From Octopus bimaculoides (lineage: Eukaryota), in assembly GCF_001194135.2 (NCBI RefSeq), contig NC_068985.1:31298748-31362747 (forward strand): DNA of 64,000 nt, written 5' to 3'. Shown piece by piece: positions 1 to 11,913 of the stretch (the stretch's first letter is position 1; every line of letters starts with the position of its first letter). Below the pieces are notes generated by a model. The model worked only from the letters and a program-made list of their open reading frames with translations. It had not been told where the DNA came from and ran no database searches. Made by a program: the position numbers and the translations under genes.

Positions 1-2317
1 TGAGGCATTCCCGCTCAATTCATTCTCTTTCTCGGTCGGCCGGCCAAGCTGTCTCTCCAGCATTCCAACTATGGGGACAGCTCATTCCAACATCTCAGCA
101 ACCATGCCTATTTCCTCGGTAAATAAATATTGTTGTGTTGATAGTTCAGAGTCGCGTTTCGTTGCTTTTATTCCGAATTTAATATAGGAAAGCAGGTGTA
201 CACCTAATGGTGTATAACCACTTTCCTAAAGGCTAGTCCTGCCACTCCAGCTCTGTCAATTTGCTGCCGCATCCTGTTTCATTGAATTTATGTTCACCAC
301 ATCCTACCACTCCAGCCCCAACAACTTCATTGCCACATCCTGTTTTGTTAAATTTACGGTTGTTGCGCCAAGCTATACCAAGCTCCACCACCTCACCAGT
401 TGTTTCTTCCAGTTCGGACAATGACTCAGAGAGTGAGTATTTTTGCTAGTTTAGAATCAGATGATTCCAATAGTGATGATAATATTCTGGTGAATCAAAG
501 GCACAGGCGGGCAGCAATGAATGGCCCTGGACAACAGACTATCATGTGACGAGCAAGAGACAATTCTGTCCGATGGCATGGGTTTACTGGTACACCTGAC
601 ATAAAGACAAACCTTGAACATGGAAGTTCACAATTGCAAATCTTCTACGAGTTTTTGATGGATGAAATGTTCCAATATATAGTGAACAAAAATGACTATG
701 CTGAAAACCATCCCCAGCATGTCAGACCTGGGCATGGTGGTGATTGGTTTCCAACTAGAGGGTCAAAATCAAATTTCTGCTTGCCCTGCTGATACTGATG
801 GGCATCATGAAGAAACCGACCCTGGTGTCATATTGAATCTGGATCCAGCCACATCGACACATTTCTTTCCAGAAATGATGGCACGTGATCGATTTTTGGC
901 GCTTCTTCGAAATCTACATTTCAACTCAGATAAGAACCAGGATGACAGGCTGCACAAAATAATCTTATCATTGACAAAGTGACTGAAAATTTCAGAATGA
1001 TGTATGTCCCCAAACAGGACATTTGTACGGATGAAAGTTTGTGGAAATTCAAGGGAAGGCTCCGATTCAAACAATACAACCCGACCAAATGTGCTTGCTT
1101 TGGAGTCAAGGTTTATAAAGTATGCCAGTCAACTAGCAAAGCCTGTAGATAGATATAGAATTACAAAATCTACACTGGTCAGGACAGATTGGATCTTCCA
1201 GTGTCTACTCTAGCGTCAATCAGAGTTGAATGAAAGCTTGTTTAACAAAGGCTACAATATTTATATGGACAACTGGTATTCCAGTCGCGACCTCTTCCAG
1301 CATTTGCAGACGAGGAAGACTAATGCCTGTGGGACTGTGAGGACACACAGGGAAAACATGCCACCTGATCTTCACAAGATAAAACTTCGAAAGGGGGAAA
1401 CAGTGTACCTATGCATTGATAGTGGCATTTTTGCTCTAGTGTGACATGACAAGAAAAACGTCTGCATGTTATCCACAACACATTCTGCAAGCATGAAGGA
1501 CACTAAGAAACAAGATGAGGATGGTAATGCAATAATGAAACCAAGCGTAGTTGTTTCATACAATGAAGGGATGGGCGGGGTTGATTGCTCAGACCAGCTG
1601 GCGACGACACACAAATTTGTGAGAAAATTTGTGAAATGGTACAAAAATATTTTCTTGTCTATAGTTGACGGTGTGGGGAATGGATTGACATTCAGGAATC
1701 TACTGTTCTATGAAATGATAGAAGCATCAGAGCTTCCAAAGTACAAAACATGTGGACATCCCCATGTTGGACTCTCTCCTCACCGCATGGTGAAGGGACA
1801 TGGGCATTTTCCATGACTGTTTTCCCCCAACGCCATGAAGACAAATGCTCCAAAGAGATGCACAGTATTTAAAGCAAAAGGGAAACATAAGGAAACTAGA
1901 TACTATTTGTTCACAATGTGATATGCCACTGTGTGCAGTATCCTGTTTTGAACTCTACCATACTAAAGTCAATTTTTGAATTCATGTGATTGTAAATACA
2001 TGAAGTTGATCTGACTTGTTTTGTTGAGTGAACTTATTCAGGGATAATACCACATGAGCATCCTGCACAGGGATGTAGTTTAGGTAAATAAACAATACTT
2101 GCACTAAAGTGGTTGACGTAAATATGTTAAACATTATCTCGTACTGAGTGCTGACTTCAATTGATGCAACTACCATTGCCTCGTACAGGCAAATGAATGA
2201 ATCACCGCCGTAAACTGGTTAAAGCCACTGATGTAAATATACGCTGAACCATTGTCATGTGCTAATTGCTGATCTCAGCCGAGATGACTACCGTCAATGC
2301 AACCTAGTTGCTTGGGG
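1..2317 (+). mobile_element. Decayed piggyBac (PGBD4-like) DNA transposon in MTHFD1 intron 4, antisense to the gene
   Basis: Frameshifted transposase. Motifs: DESLWKFKGRLRFKQYNPTK (~1030), YMDNWYSS (~1265), YNEGMGGVDCSDQL (~1560), and a C-terminal Cys-rich domain (KRC...CSQCDMPLCAVSCFELYH, ~1855-1980). The 3' end is GGGG at 2314-2317 followed by TTAA (2318-2321). The left boundary is uncertain. Confidence 0.92.
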
Positions 2318-3183
2318 TTAATAAAATCATTTTTAATAAATGTGTAAAATTAAAAAGATAAAACCATCTGTATTTATACTGATTTCTTAGTTAAAAAAAA
2401 CTTCAAACTTCCTCCTCTCAGGTGAATGAAAATGAAGACTGTATAATACTAAGTTAACTATTACCAAAAAGTGAAATAAAACTGTAGACATGATTTCCCT
2501 CTATTCTTTGGTATTTGGTCAGTCTCTACTGTTGCTACTCTTTACTATACAGTTGTTGTTTGGCTCCAAGTGGCTGTGACCAAGCATATCTATGGGTGGA
2601 GGTATCCCAATTATGACCATCCAATCTAAGATTACATTATAGAATGTCAGTGTGGAAGACAAATATCAGCCATTCAAAAACACAAAGACAGTTAGCAACA
2701 CTATACAATGTTAATTTTTTAAGCTGATAGAATGTGATTAGGCTGTTATTTCTAGCAATTGAACAACTAGGTGAAGACTCACTCATTGGCCTTTTTACTG
2801 TAAAGCTGTCTATATATAAACAATGAAAGAAAGGGCAACAATGCAAACTGCTGCAATTTGTTGTACATTGCAATTTTCTTTATTTTAATATTTCTCTTGT
2901 AAAGACATGGTTTTGATTATCAAAGCCATTTTACTTGGACTTTTATCACTAATGATTTTGGAGAAAACAAGCCTTTCACAGGATCCCTTTTATTTTCCTC
3001 TACAAGCCCCAGGCTCCATGGATACTTTTAACAATTTATACTCAGTTAATATTTAAACTTTGTTTCCTAGTGCACATGATTAATCCCTAAAGCTGTAGAT
3101 AACCTCCACCTAATAGATTATCAACCAATTAACTGAATAGTATTACTGATTGTTAAAAAAAATGCAGAATGCTGTCAAAGTAC

Positions 3184-3243
3184 CTGAACAATGATACCAT
3201 GGACAGTAAGGTCTTCATTGAGTCTGTTAACTGTTGCCAACAC
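3184..3243 (-). CDS. MTHFD1: MTHFD1 exon 4
   Basis: 60 nt; VLATVNRLNEDLTVHGIIVQ; AG acceptor after a poly-T tract, GTAC donor. Confidence 0.93.
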
Positions 3244-6200
3244 CTAAAAGAGCGAAAAAAAAAAAAAAAAGAACTTAAAAACAAATAAATGTAATTGCAA
3301 ATATCTTGAGGGTTGGTATCAGGAAAGGCATCCGACCATAGAACATACTTCAACATACTCTTGTCTGTCTCATGCAAGCATAGAAAAACAGATGTTGAAA
3401 ATGATAATGATGAACTGATAGGTACACACTTTACAATTCTTATAGCCGAATTGTGTGCTTGTCTCTTTTGTAACTTTTAACCATTAATAAGTAACACTTG
3501 AACATCATCTGCAATGTGAGAAGACCCGGCAAGCCAAGTAAGATCGTTGCCAGTGCCCCTGGACTGGTTCTTGTGCGGGTGGCACATGAGATGCACCATT
3601 TTGAGCGTGGCAGTTGCCAGTACTGCCTGACTGGCTCCTGTAGGATTTTCGAGCGAGATCGTTGCCAGTGCCCCTGGAATGGCTTGTGCGGGTGGCACAT
3701 AAAAGACACCATTTCGAGCGTGGCCGTTTTCGTGCGGGTGACACGTAAAAGCACCCACTACACTCTCTGAGTGGTTGGCGTTAGGAAGGGCATCCAGCTG
3801 TAGAAACTCTGCCAAATCAGACTGGAGCCTGGTGTTGCCATCCGGTTTCACCAGTCCTCAGTCAAATCGTCCAACCCATGCTAGCATGGAAAGCGGACGT
3901 TAAACGATGATGATGATTAGCCCCACAAACTACATACACAAGTTGTGTGTTCAAACAGTGTAACTGGGTCATATACAATACTAAGCAGCCTGGCAGGCAA
4001 GGATACATATTTATTGCAGCAATAAATTATAAGTATATTGCACACCAGTAATTAAATCCTTATCAATATTTGTCATATATAAGATTATAACCAAAATACT
4101 TCTCAGCATGAAATTTGTTAATTCCAAGACTTGTTAGCAGACATGATCTTAAGTAATGGTGTCATGTTTAATTCACTCAAAAGCAAGTCAGTGTAAAAAA
4201 TAAGTGCTTAAGAATATTCCACAATCGAATAGTAAGCTTTTAAACAACATATTTTAAAAAAAGACACATAATATTCATATGGTAGTGTTGCTGGCTTCCT
4301 GTGATGTTTATGCTTATTATATCACTTGACCCAAACTGAAAGTCAGGTGATCAGTGCTATTTAACAGTTATTAGTTTGATCAAAGAAGTATTGTTATTCA
4401 AAAAGTAACAATAAACAAACAATAATGATGAGGAAAATCAGTAGAATAACTAAACAAGAGAAGGCAATAAAAGAACTGAATTAGTAAGTACTGTTATCTA
4501 ACTTACATCAGCTTGAGTTGAAGATTTTGGTAATTTGATGTGCTCTGCTTTCATTCCAATGTCAGCTGAATTCTTTACTTTCATTCTAATATAAACATTA
4601 GAATCTTCACGGTCTCCAACCTAATAAAAGAATGGTTATGACTATACACTACTACTACTACAACCACTACTAACACCAATTGTCTGATATTTAGTATCAG
4701 ACAGGTAGTAGTAGTTTAACAAGCCCAATTCATGTGGTTGAAATTGTCTTGTCTTTCAAGTTAAGCTTACTGCTCTTATTTCTGTTACATTTGTATAAAC
4801 TTCTGCATCTGACTAAACCTTTTATTTAAACAAGGAAACAAACATTTTCTTTACTTTATTTTGTACTCCATAAATGAAGTAATTCTAAATACAAATATTA
4901 GTTTCTCTGAAATAAAATCATCTTGGCAATCTCATAAAAACAAAGACCTTGCTCTCATGTTTATTATCCTATGACAGTTTCAAAATGTTAGTGATAATCC
5001 TTAACATGCAATGCAATTTAGTTTAAAACAATATCCTCGGGTGTCTTTAATGAAGTTCATTTAGTTGCATTTGAACCAGAGTTTCAGTACCCTGCTCCTT
5101 GTAGATATCCAGAATGGGCGTCAACTGCATCAATCCCATACACCAAAGAGATCTTCAGAAAGTCATGGGCACTAATCCTTGCCCTCCACTTCTGATGAAG
5201 TATCACAAAACGAAAAAAGATTGTGTAATTAGGAAACATTAAAGATAAGGCAGCTACTTTGTATTTCATCAATATATGCCAAGATTAAAGTATTTTTTAT
5301 AAGCATATAGTAAGTGATGGTAACAAAAATAGTAAATTATATACAACTATAGAAGAAAAGACACTGACAGTTTGATATAACTGAGATTCACTCTTTATAG
5401 AAAGGGAGTGCAGTCAGTTGAAGTGATCCTTAGTTCATGTTTGGTTATCATTTATGGTTCACATTGATGGCTTGAACCATCTCACAAGAGAAAAGTTAAA
5501 AGTTCCCTTAACCATTGCCAATGATATGTATGTCATTATTTGAATATCTCAAGCAGTATTCATAACATCTGTGCTTATCTCTAAGGTGCTTGAGTTGAAA
5601 GATTAATTATCTTACTTAGAATACTAATTGCAATCCTATATCTAACTAACCCAGCTTTTATTATGATTAGCCATTCTCACCTGGACTATAACTAAGCAGG
5701 GTAAAAATTTGGGATACTTGTCTTGGAAGTTTTCAATATCTTCTTTCAATTTATTGCGGATCTCCCTAAAAAGACATTAACAAAACAAATCAAAGACACT
5801 TAAATAGCATAGTTTCATCTACACGGTGAAACTTAAAGAAATCTATGTACAAAAAAAAAAAACAAAAAAAAAACTGTTTAATTCAAGTCAGCCTCGACCA
5901 ATTTGTCTCTATATTTAGAATTCTGTTTGTACAATGTCTCTTTTTCCTACCAAGACATCAGGTTGTGTGATTGCTGGGTGATTTGGCTATTATATGCATA
6001 ATTGTGGGGTGATCTGGCTATTATATGCGTAAATAATTTTTTTTATACCTGCATAGACATCAGATTTGAGAGAAAGCAAGCAAAAAATTAGTAATATAGT
6101 TAATATCAAAATGTATGCAAGTTTGTGGTGTCAGTACGCAAAATTTCAACTCTTCAATTTATGGTATCACTCCTCTAACCCCTTGATTTGTGAATTGACT

Positions 6201-9200
6201 AATTACGTATAACATACATGGACAACGTGGGTCGTAAGGCTACTTTTAACACCTTAACCAAGCTCTGATGTAATTTTTAAATACTATTTATTTAACTATA
6301 AACAATTAAGCATTAGACAAAACACAAAATTTTTAAAATGAGGCTGTTTTTATCAAATACACTGTAACTATAAAAAGAAAAAGGAAATTTGAAACATCTG
6401 TTTACAAGCTCAAAAAATCTAAAATACAAAGTTAAACATAAAAGACTAAGCAACTTAACCCGTTAGCATTTAAACTGACATTATCCGGCCCAAATATTCT
6501 ACCTGTTCTATGTTTAAATTGTTAAGATATGGCCTCTCACACTTACTCTACAATGTCATTCTGAAAATAGTTACATCATTAACCCAACAACTGCTTCCAA
6601 CACCAGAGCTCTGATATTGTGAACAAACCAAAATAAAATACTGAACTCCTTACATTCTTATGAAACTTCCCCTGCACATATCCACATCCCCAATTCAATC
6701 CCCTGTATTATTCCACCTATATTTCCATCCCCCCATCTCCTCGTTCTCTCCCATCCACTTTCTCCAACTGGAATATTCTTGTATCTCTTCTACAGCAAGA
6801 TGCCCATTTCTATCCCTCAACTATTCTTTTAACCTCTCAACTGGCACAAAGCCACCTCCTTCAATACTACTCCCTCCAGTTGAAAGACTTTGTCTCACAA
6901 GTTGCTTAGCGACCCCACTGGTACTGGTGCCACGAAAAAGTACCCATTACACTCTGTAAAGTGGTTGGTGTTAGGAAGGGCATCCAAACATAGAAACCAT
7001 GCCAAAACAGACAACAGAGCCTGACAAAGTCTTCTGGCTTGCCAGCTCTTGTCAAACCATTCAACCCATGCTAGCATGGAAAACAGACATTAAATAATGA
7101 TGGTAATGATTAAATATTAAATTTTCTAAAGAAACAGGCTTCAAATATGTAGAGTTAATAAATTTTATAATTTATAATATCACATATTCTGAAACACTTA
7201 ACATTTTTAAAAAGGAAAACTGTTAAAAGTTCATGCTTTTCAAATCTCATAACACTGTGCCTCTCAGGCATTTCCGGTTGTTTCTTTTTTTTGCATCTTT
7301 TGTACTCTTCACACTCCCACCCCACTAACCACCATTTTTCACTTATTTCTCTCATCTCTTTCCTCTTCCAAACCCCCAGGTTTGCATTCTGTAAAAACTA
7401 TTTTTTCTATTTAATTTCCATACCACATAAAAAAAAAATTAAAAAATGCTGCTTGTGGTTACTGTAGCTTCTAAAAATAACAGTTGATGAACAATTCATG
7501 GCAATATTGCTATTTTTCCATTAGACAATGTAGACAAAAACAAATAAGAATCAATATAATTCTTATCAAGCTGAATTTTACATGGCGCATTTTTCATTTC
7601 CCAGAGATGACAATTATGGATAAATTAACCTTCACTTCAAGATGCCATGACATTAGCTTCAGTTTGGAGTATTAGTATTTCTTGCCAAGATCCCCACCTC
7701 CAGGAAAGAAATATTCAATTAGTTACAAAGCTTATAAAAAAAGCAGAACCTATACAAGAACTTGCTCTGAATCCCCTCTCGCAGTCTAACCCCTTGTCCC
7801 CTAGCATGGCGCTGACCCTCCACCCCCACCCCAGAATTTATAGTCCTGCAAACTGCATGGTGATTTCAATAGTGATGAATATATATTTTATATAGCATCA
7901 AATATATGCTATACGAGCCAACTCATGGACATTAAATGATAATGAATTAGAAAAGGTGTTACAACAAAAATTTAGTATGATAGCAAGATGGGAAAGCAAG
8001 AGTGTGTTTGTCTTATTTCCTTTAATTAAAAATATCATTATCTACATTGCAAAAAACTGAAATTATCTCTTCATAGACATTTCTTTCAAAATTCCAACTG
8101 TTTTTTCACACATCTAGTTGATATTTTTTGGAGCTACTGGAACCATGAGCAGATCAATAATTTAATTTGTGTCATATGGGGAGCAGAAAAGAATCAAGAA
8201 ATTTGTAAAACACAGATTTTTGAAGAAAGATTTTTTTGAAATGTGCAATATATAGTGAAGAAAAATAAATAAATAAACAACTAAATCAAATGTATGGGGA
8301 GGGGCATTTAAAAAGTCTGAAAAACATGGATTTTTGATTTTAACAAAAATGTTATTTGTGATTACTATTCCAAACAACCAGAGACAATTATGTATGTTTC
8401 GATTTATTAAACCTCATCAGCATTGTATTTTCTAACGAAACAGATAGAAAAAGGCTATAATTTTTGCTCAGCATAATTTGTATAAATAGAGTTACGGGAA
8501 AACTCAAATGATTAATGTGCTTTTTTTCTTTTAAGGACGTAAGGTATGGTGGTAGACATTCAGATGCTGTCTCCAGCAGATCAATTGATCATGTAGTGCT
8601 CTCATCTGCATATGTTAAATTTTGTTTTAGTCAGGTGTGCTTTTGTTACTGTAGAAAGTATTCGATATCAAACATTCTTTCAATAATTTCTATTTCCTCA
8701 TTAAAAATTTTTAACATTTTCTGTTAATTTCTTACTTAAACATCAAGAATATATTTTAAATGGGTGCAGACTTGGCTGTGTATTAAGAAGTTTGTCTCCC
8801 AACCACATGGTTCTGGGGTCAGTCAACTAGGGCAAATGTCTTCTACTAACACCACAGGCCAACCGAAGCTTGTAAATGTAATTAGTAAATGGAAACTGAA
8901 AAAAGCCCATCACGTGTGTGTGCGTGTGTCCTACCGACTTTGTTTCCTCATAACTTCAAGAAAAAAACGGATATTTTGAAATGAAATTCTCTACAAATAT
9001 CTTTCAGACTGTGAAAATCATGATTATATCAGAATCTATTGTGGAAAAAAAAAAGTCCCAGGGTGGGGAGAGGAGTTTCGGAAAATTCACACATGAGTCA
9101 GCTGTTTTCTCATAACATTCCGGAAAATCGGCGTTTGAAGGACATCAGTGATGGGTAGTACACACAAGATGGAATTTCTCTGATTTTTTTCCCACAATGC

Positions 9201-11913
9201 TCTTGGAAGTGAAGGGGAGCATCTTTTTATGTAGAAAAAAAAAAGGCACTGTCATGCTATTAGCTGTCAGAAGTGAAAGTGCTCACTGCTAGTGAAGTAT
9301 CTGCCTGTCTGCCTGTCTGTTGCTGGCCTGTCGATTCTTTGGCTACTGACAGCTAATACCATGACTGGCCGGAGCGAGCTATATGTCTGTCTGTCTCTCT
9401 CTCTCTCTATCTATCTATTACTCGAAAGTTCGCGCGTCCGCGCTAGCTAGTCGTGAGTAGAAAATACAAATTTAATATAAAAACATATTTCCTGAAATTG
9501 CAAGCATACAGATACTTCACTAGCAGTGAGCACTTTCACTTCTGACAGCTAATAGCNNNNNNNNNNNNNNNNNNNNNNNNNNNNNNNNNNNNNNNNNNNN
9601 NNNNNNNNNNNNNNNNNNNNNNNNNNNNNNNNNNNNNNNNNNNNNNNNNNNNNNNNNNNNNNNNNNNNNNNNNNNNNNNNNNNNNNNNNNNNNNNNNNNN
9701 NNNNNNNNNNNNNNNNNNNNNNNNNNNNNNNNNNNNNNNNNNNNNNNNNNNNNNNNNNNNNNNNNNNNNNNNNNNNNNNAAAAAAAAAAAAAATTTCAAA
9801 AATCGCATTTTCAAAATTTTAATACCCCACCCCCACTTTTCACTTTTTCCGCAATTTTTTTTGAGATATTCAAGTGTCTTCTACTATAGCCTCGGGTTTG
9901 TGAGTGGATTTGGTAGACGGAAACTGAAAGAAACTTGTCGTATATATATATATATATATATATAAATATGTATGTGTGTGTTTATCTTTGTGTTTGTCCC
10001 CCTAACATCGCTTGACAACCGATGCTAGCGGTTCGGCAAACGTCACCGATAGAATAAGTACTAGGCTTACAAGGAATAAGTCCTGGGGTCGATTTGCTCG
10101 ACTAAAGGCGGTGCTCCAGCATGGTCACAGTCAAATGACTGAAACAGGTAAAAGAGTAAAGAGTATATTCGGCTATTAATCACATCAAAACGAAAGATAG
10201 CCAGTAGATTGATGGAATAAAAAAAATTCGAAAAAAGTTTTTAAAAAAAGTTTAAGAAACAAAAGATATTACTACGGGAAATTACTCTGAAAGAAATCTA
10301 AGCAGAAAGGTGAGTAGATTGATTACATATTTCGTATCGCAGTTTTGGCTGTTATTTCTAGCATGTGGTAGCCTGCTTGAAGGTCTGAGTGTATATATTG
10401 TTTTTGTTTTTTTTTTCTTGTTGAAAAATTGAAATTTTAGAAACGAATTTGGCACTATCATGCTATTAGCTGTCAGAAGTGAAAGTGCTCACTGCTAGTG
10501 AAGTATCTGTCTGTCTGTCTGCCTGCCTGTCGATTCTTTGGCTACTGACAGCTAATACCATGACTGGCCGGAGCGAGCTATATGTCTGTCTGTCTGTCTC
10601 TCTCTCTATCTATTACTCGAAAGTTATTGGAACAAATTCGACACCTATATCCATGCGTTTGAAAACACAACACAGAGTATAAGGGTACTCGCGTCCGCGC
10701 TAGCTAGTCGTGAGTGGTCGATCCTATTATTTTTAAACTTCAAACTTCATTTGTTTTCTATTTTGATAAATTCTCTCTGTTGAAAATTATATTTTTATAT
10801 TTTAAATAATNNNNNNNNNNATAGTAGATAGATATCAGTAAGTAAGTAAGCCAATAGCTCGCTCCGGCCAGTCATGGTATTAGCTGTCAGTAGCCAAAGA
10901 ATCAACTCAAACCAGCAACAGGCAGGCAGACAGACAGACACTTCACTAGCAGTGAGCACTTTCACTTCTGACAGCTAATAGCATGATAGTGCCACGAATT
11001 TTTTTCAGAATCGTAATCTTTCTACTTTTCTACGTATTTGGCAAAAAAAAAAAAATTGCGGGGAAAAAGTGAAAAATGAAGGGGGAGGGGCGGTTATTGA
11101 AATTTTGAAAATGCGATTTTTGAAATTTTTTTTTCAGAATCGGATCCTCCATAACCAAAAACGTGGGATTCCATAAAAAATAAAATCAATATATATACCC
11201 ATTTTACCGGAAGTTATGACGGAAAAATCGGAACTTTTGAATTTTCCGAAAGTCCCTGAATATACTATCTGAAATAAAAAGTCCCTAGGGTGTCAGCGTG
11301 CATTTTTAAAAATTTTCATATTCGTTTTCTACATACTTGTTAACACCCCAAGTGTGGTTTATAATTTTATTTGTTCCCGGGTGAAGATCTTTATATTGTG
11401 ACCATTATTTTCCAAGCCACTTTTATCACGAAGTTTGTTTACTAACAGAAGTATGCTTATATTTAACGATTCCTGCATTTTCCCGTTATTTTGAAGCACG
11501 CAACCCGAAACATTTTGGTGAAATTCTGGTTTAAGCACTTTGATATTTTAGTGCAACAATCTATTTATATGGGTACACTTGTTATTCAAAAAAGATTTTG
11601 AATGGCGCAGTTCTTTGTTTTCAGACATAAATATTGGTTTTGTTATTTACTGAGTTTCGTTTGTTGCTAGTTTTTTTTTTTTTTTACCTTATTTCTGGTT
11701 CTGCTTCTGTCTGGCGCGCAAAGAAATTAAATGATCATATTTCATTTCAGCATAAACGTGAAATTACAAAAAAAAAGTTTCTGTTCCTTAAAATATTAAT
11801 GATGTTTTGTCATTTTAAAATTAATTTACACGTCACATGAAGCAAATTATAAATAGTTGTAATAATATTTTAACTTACGCTGAAACATCTTTACCGCTCA
11901 GTAAAGTTGCCAT
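3184..11913 (-). CDS. MTHFD1: C-1-tetrahydrofolate synthase (MTHFD1), 5' partial gene, exons 1-4; continues left of the window
   Basis: join(complement 11879..11913, 5681..5765, 4507..4620, 3184..3243). All introns are GT-AG and phases are consistent. Translation: MATLLSGKDVSAEIRNKLKEDIENFQDKYPKFLPCLVIVQVGDREDSNVYIRMKVKNSADIGMKAEHIKLPKSSTQADVLATVNRLNEDLTVHGIIVQ. This is the THF dehydrogenase/cyclohydrolase N-terminus (motifs QVGDREDSNVYI, VHGIIVQ). There is no mitochondrial presequence, which favours MTHFD1 over MTHFD1L/MTHFD2. Confidence 0.93.
3495..3915 (+). mobile_element. 5'-truncated RTE LINE 3' end / RTE-tail element with (GAT)n tail and internal tandem repeats
   Basis: Conserved tail GTTGGCGTTAGGAAGGGCATCCAGC...CCAACCCATGCTAGCATGGAAAGCGGACGTTAAACGATGATGATG. 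Other copies (approx.): 6890-7105+, 24340-24500+, 27075-27180-, 29290-29355+, 32905-33075-, 44608-44860-, 46815-46985+, 49200-49524-, 51055-51310+, 58376-58705+, 60593-60750+. Confidence 0.8.
4507..4620 (-). CDS. MTHFD1: MTHFD1 exon 3
   Basis: 114 nt; VGDREDSNVYIRMKVKNSADIGMKAEHIKLPKSSTQAD; GTAAGT donor. Confidence 0.95.
5681..5765 (-). CDS. MTHFD1: MTHFD1 exon 2
   Basis: 85 nt; tttttAG acceptor, GTGAG donor; EIRNKLKEDIENFQDKYPKFLPCLVIVQ. Confidence 0.93.
8390..8423 (-). ncRNA. Minimal type-I hammerhead-like motif (degenerate), at the 3' end of a probable Penelope remnant (~8380-8760)
   Basis: AUG-CUGAUGA-GGUUU(AAU)AAAUC-GAAAC-AUA-CAU: core intact, 5-bp stem II, 3-bp stem I, stem III mismatched. 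Confidence 0.5.
9245..9555. mobile_element. GGCAC-ended long-TIR foldback MITE, copy 1 (right end falls in a gap)
   Basis: Left arm 9245-9458; partial inverted arm 9508-9555; same family as 10451-10993. Confidence 0.75.
9557..9779. other. Assembly gap; other gaps at 10811-10820, 13434-13787, 14903-15390, 44408-44587, 49525-50074, 53164-53481
   Basis: Runs of N, mostly abutting foldback repeats or microsatellites. Confidence 1.
10451..10993. mobile_element. GGCAC-ended long-TIR foldback MITE, copy 2, with 8-bp TSD
   Basis: Terminal 54 bp are a perfect inverted repeat (GGCACTATCATGCTATTAGCTGTCAGAAG...). ACGAATTT directly flanks both ends. A 10-N gap lies at the centre. Confidence 0.88.
11879..11913 (-). 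CDS. MTHFD1: MTHFD1 coding exon 1
   Basis: ATG at 11913-11911; MATLLSGKDVS(A); GTAAG donor, phase 2. Confidence 0.9.

Noticed and set aside
3440-3851. Recurrent ORFs such as MKPDGNTRLQSDLAEFLQLDALPNANHSES (also 49271, 58339) as a gene family
   Set aside because: They are antisense readings of the RTE 3' UTR repeat, not coding genes.
5084-5272. 62-aa ORF between MTHFD1 exons 2 and 3 as a possible alternative exon
   Set aside because: No similarity to the THF dehydrogenase fold, no convincing splice pair, and exons 2 and 3 already join colinearly with homologues.
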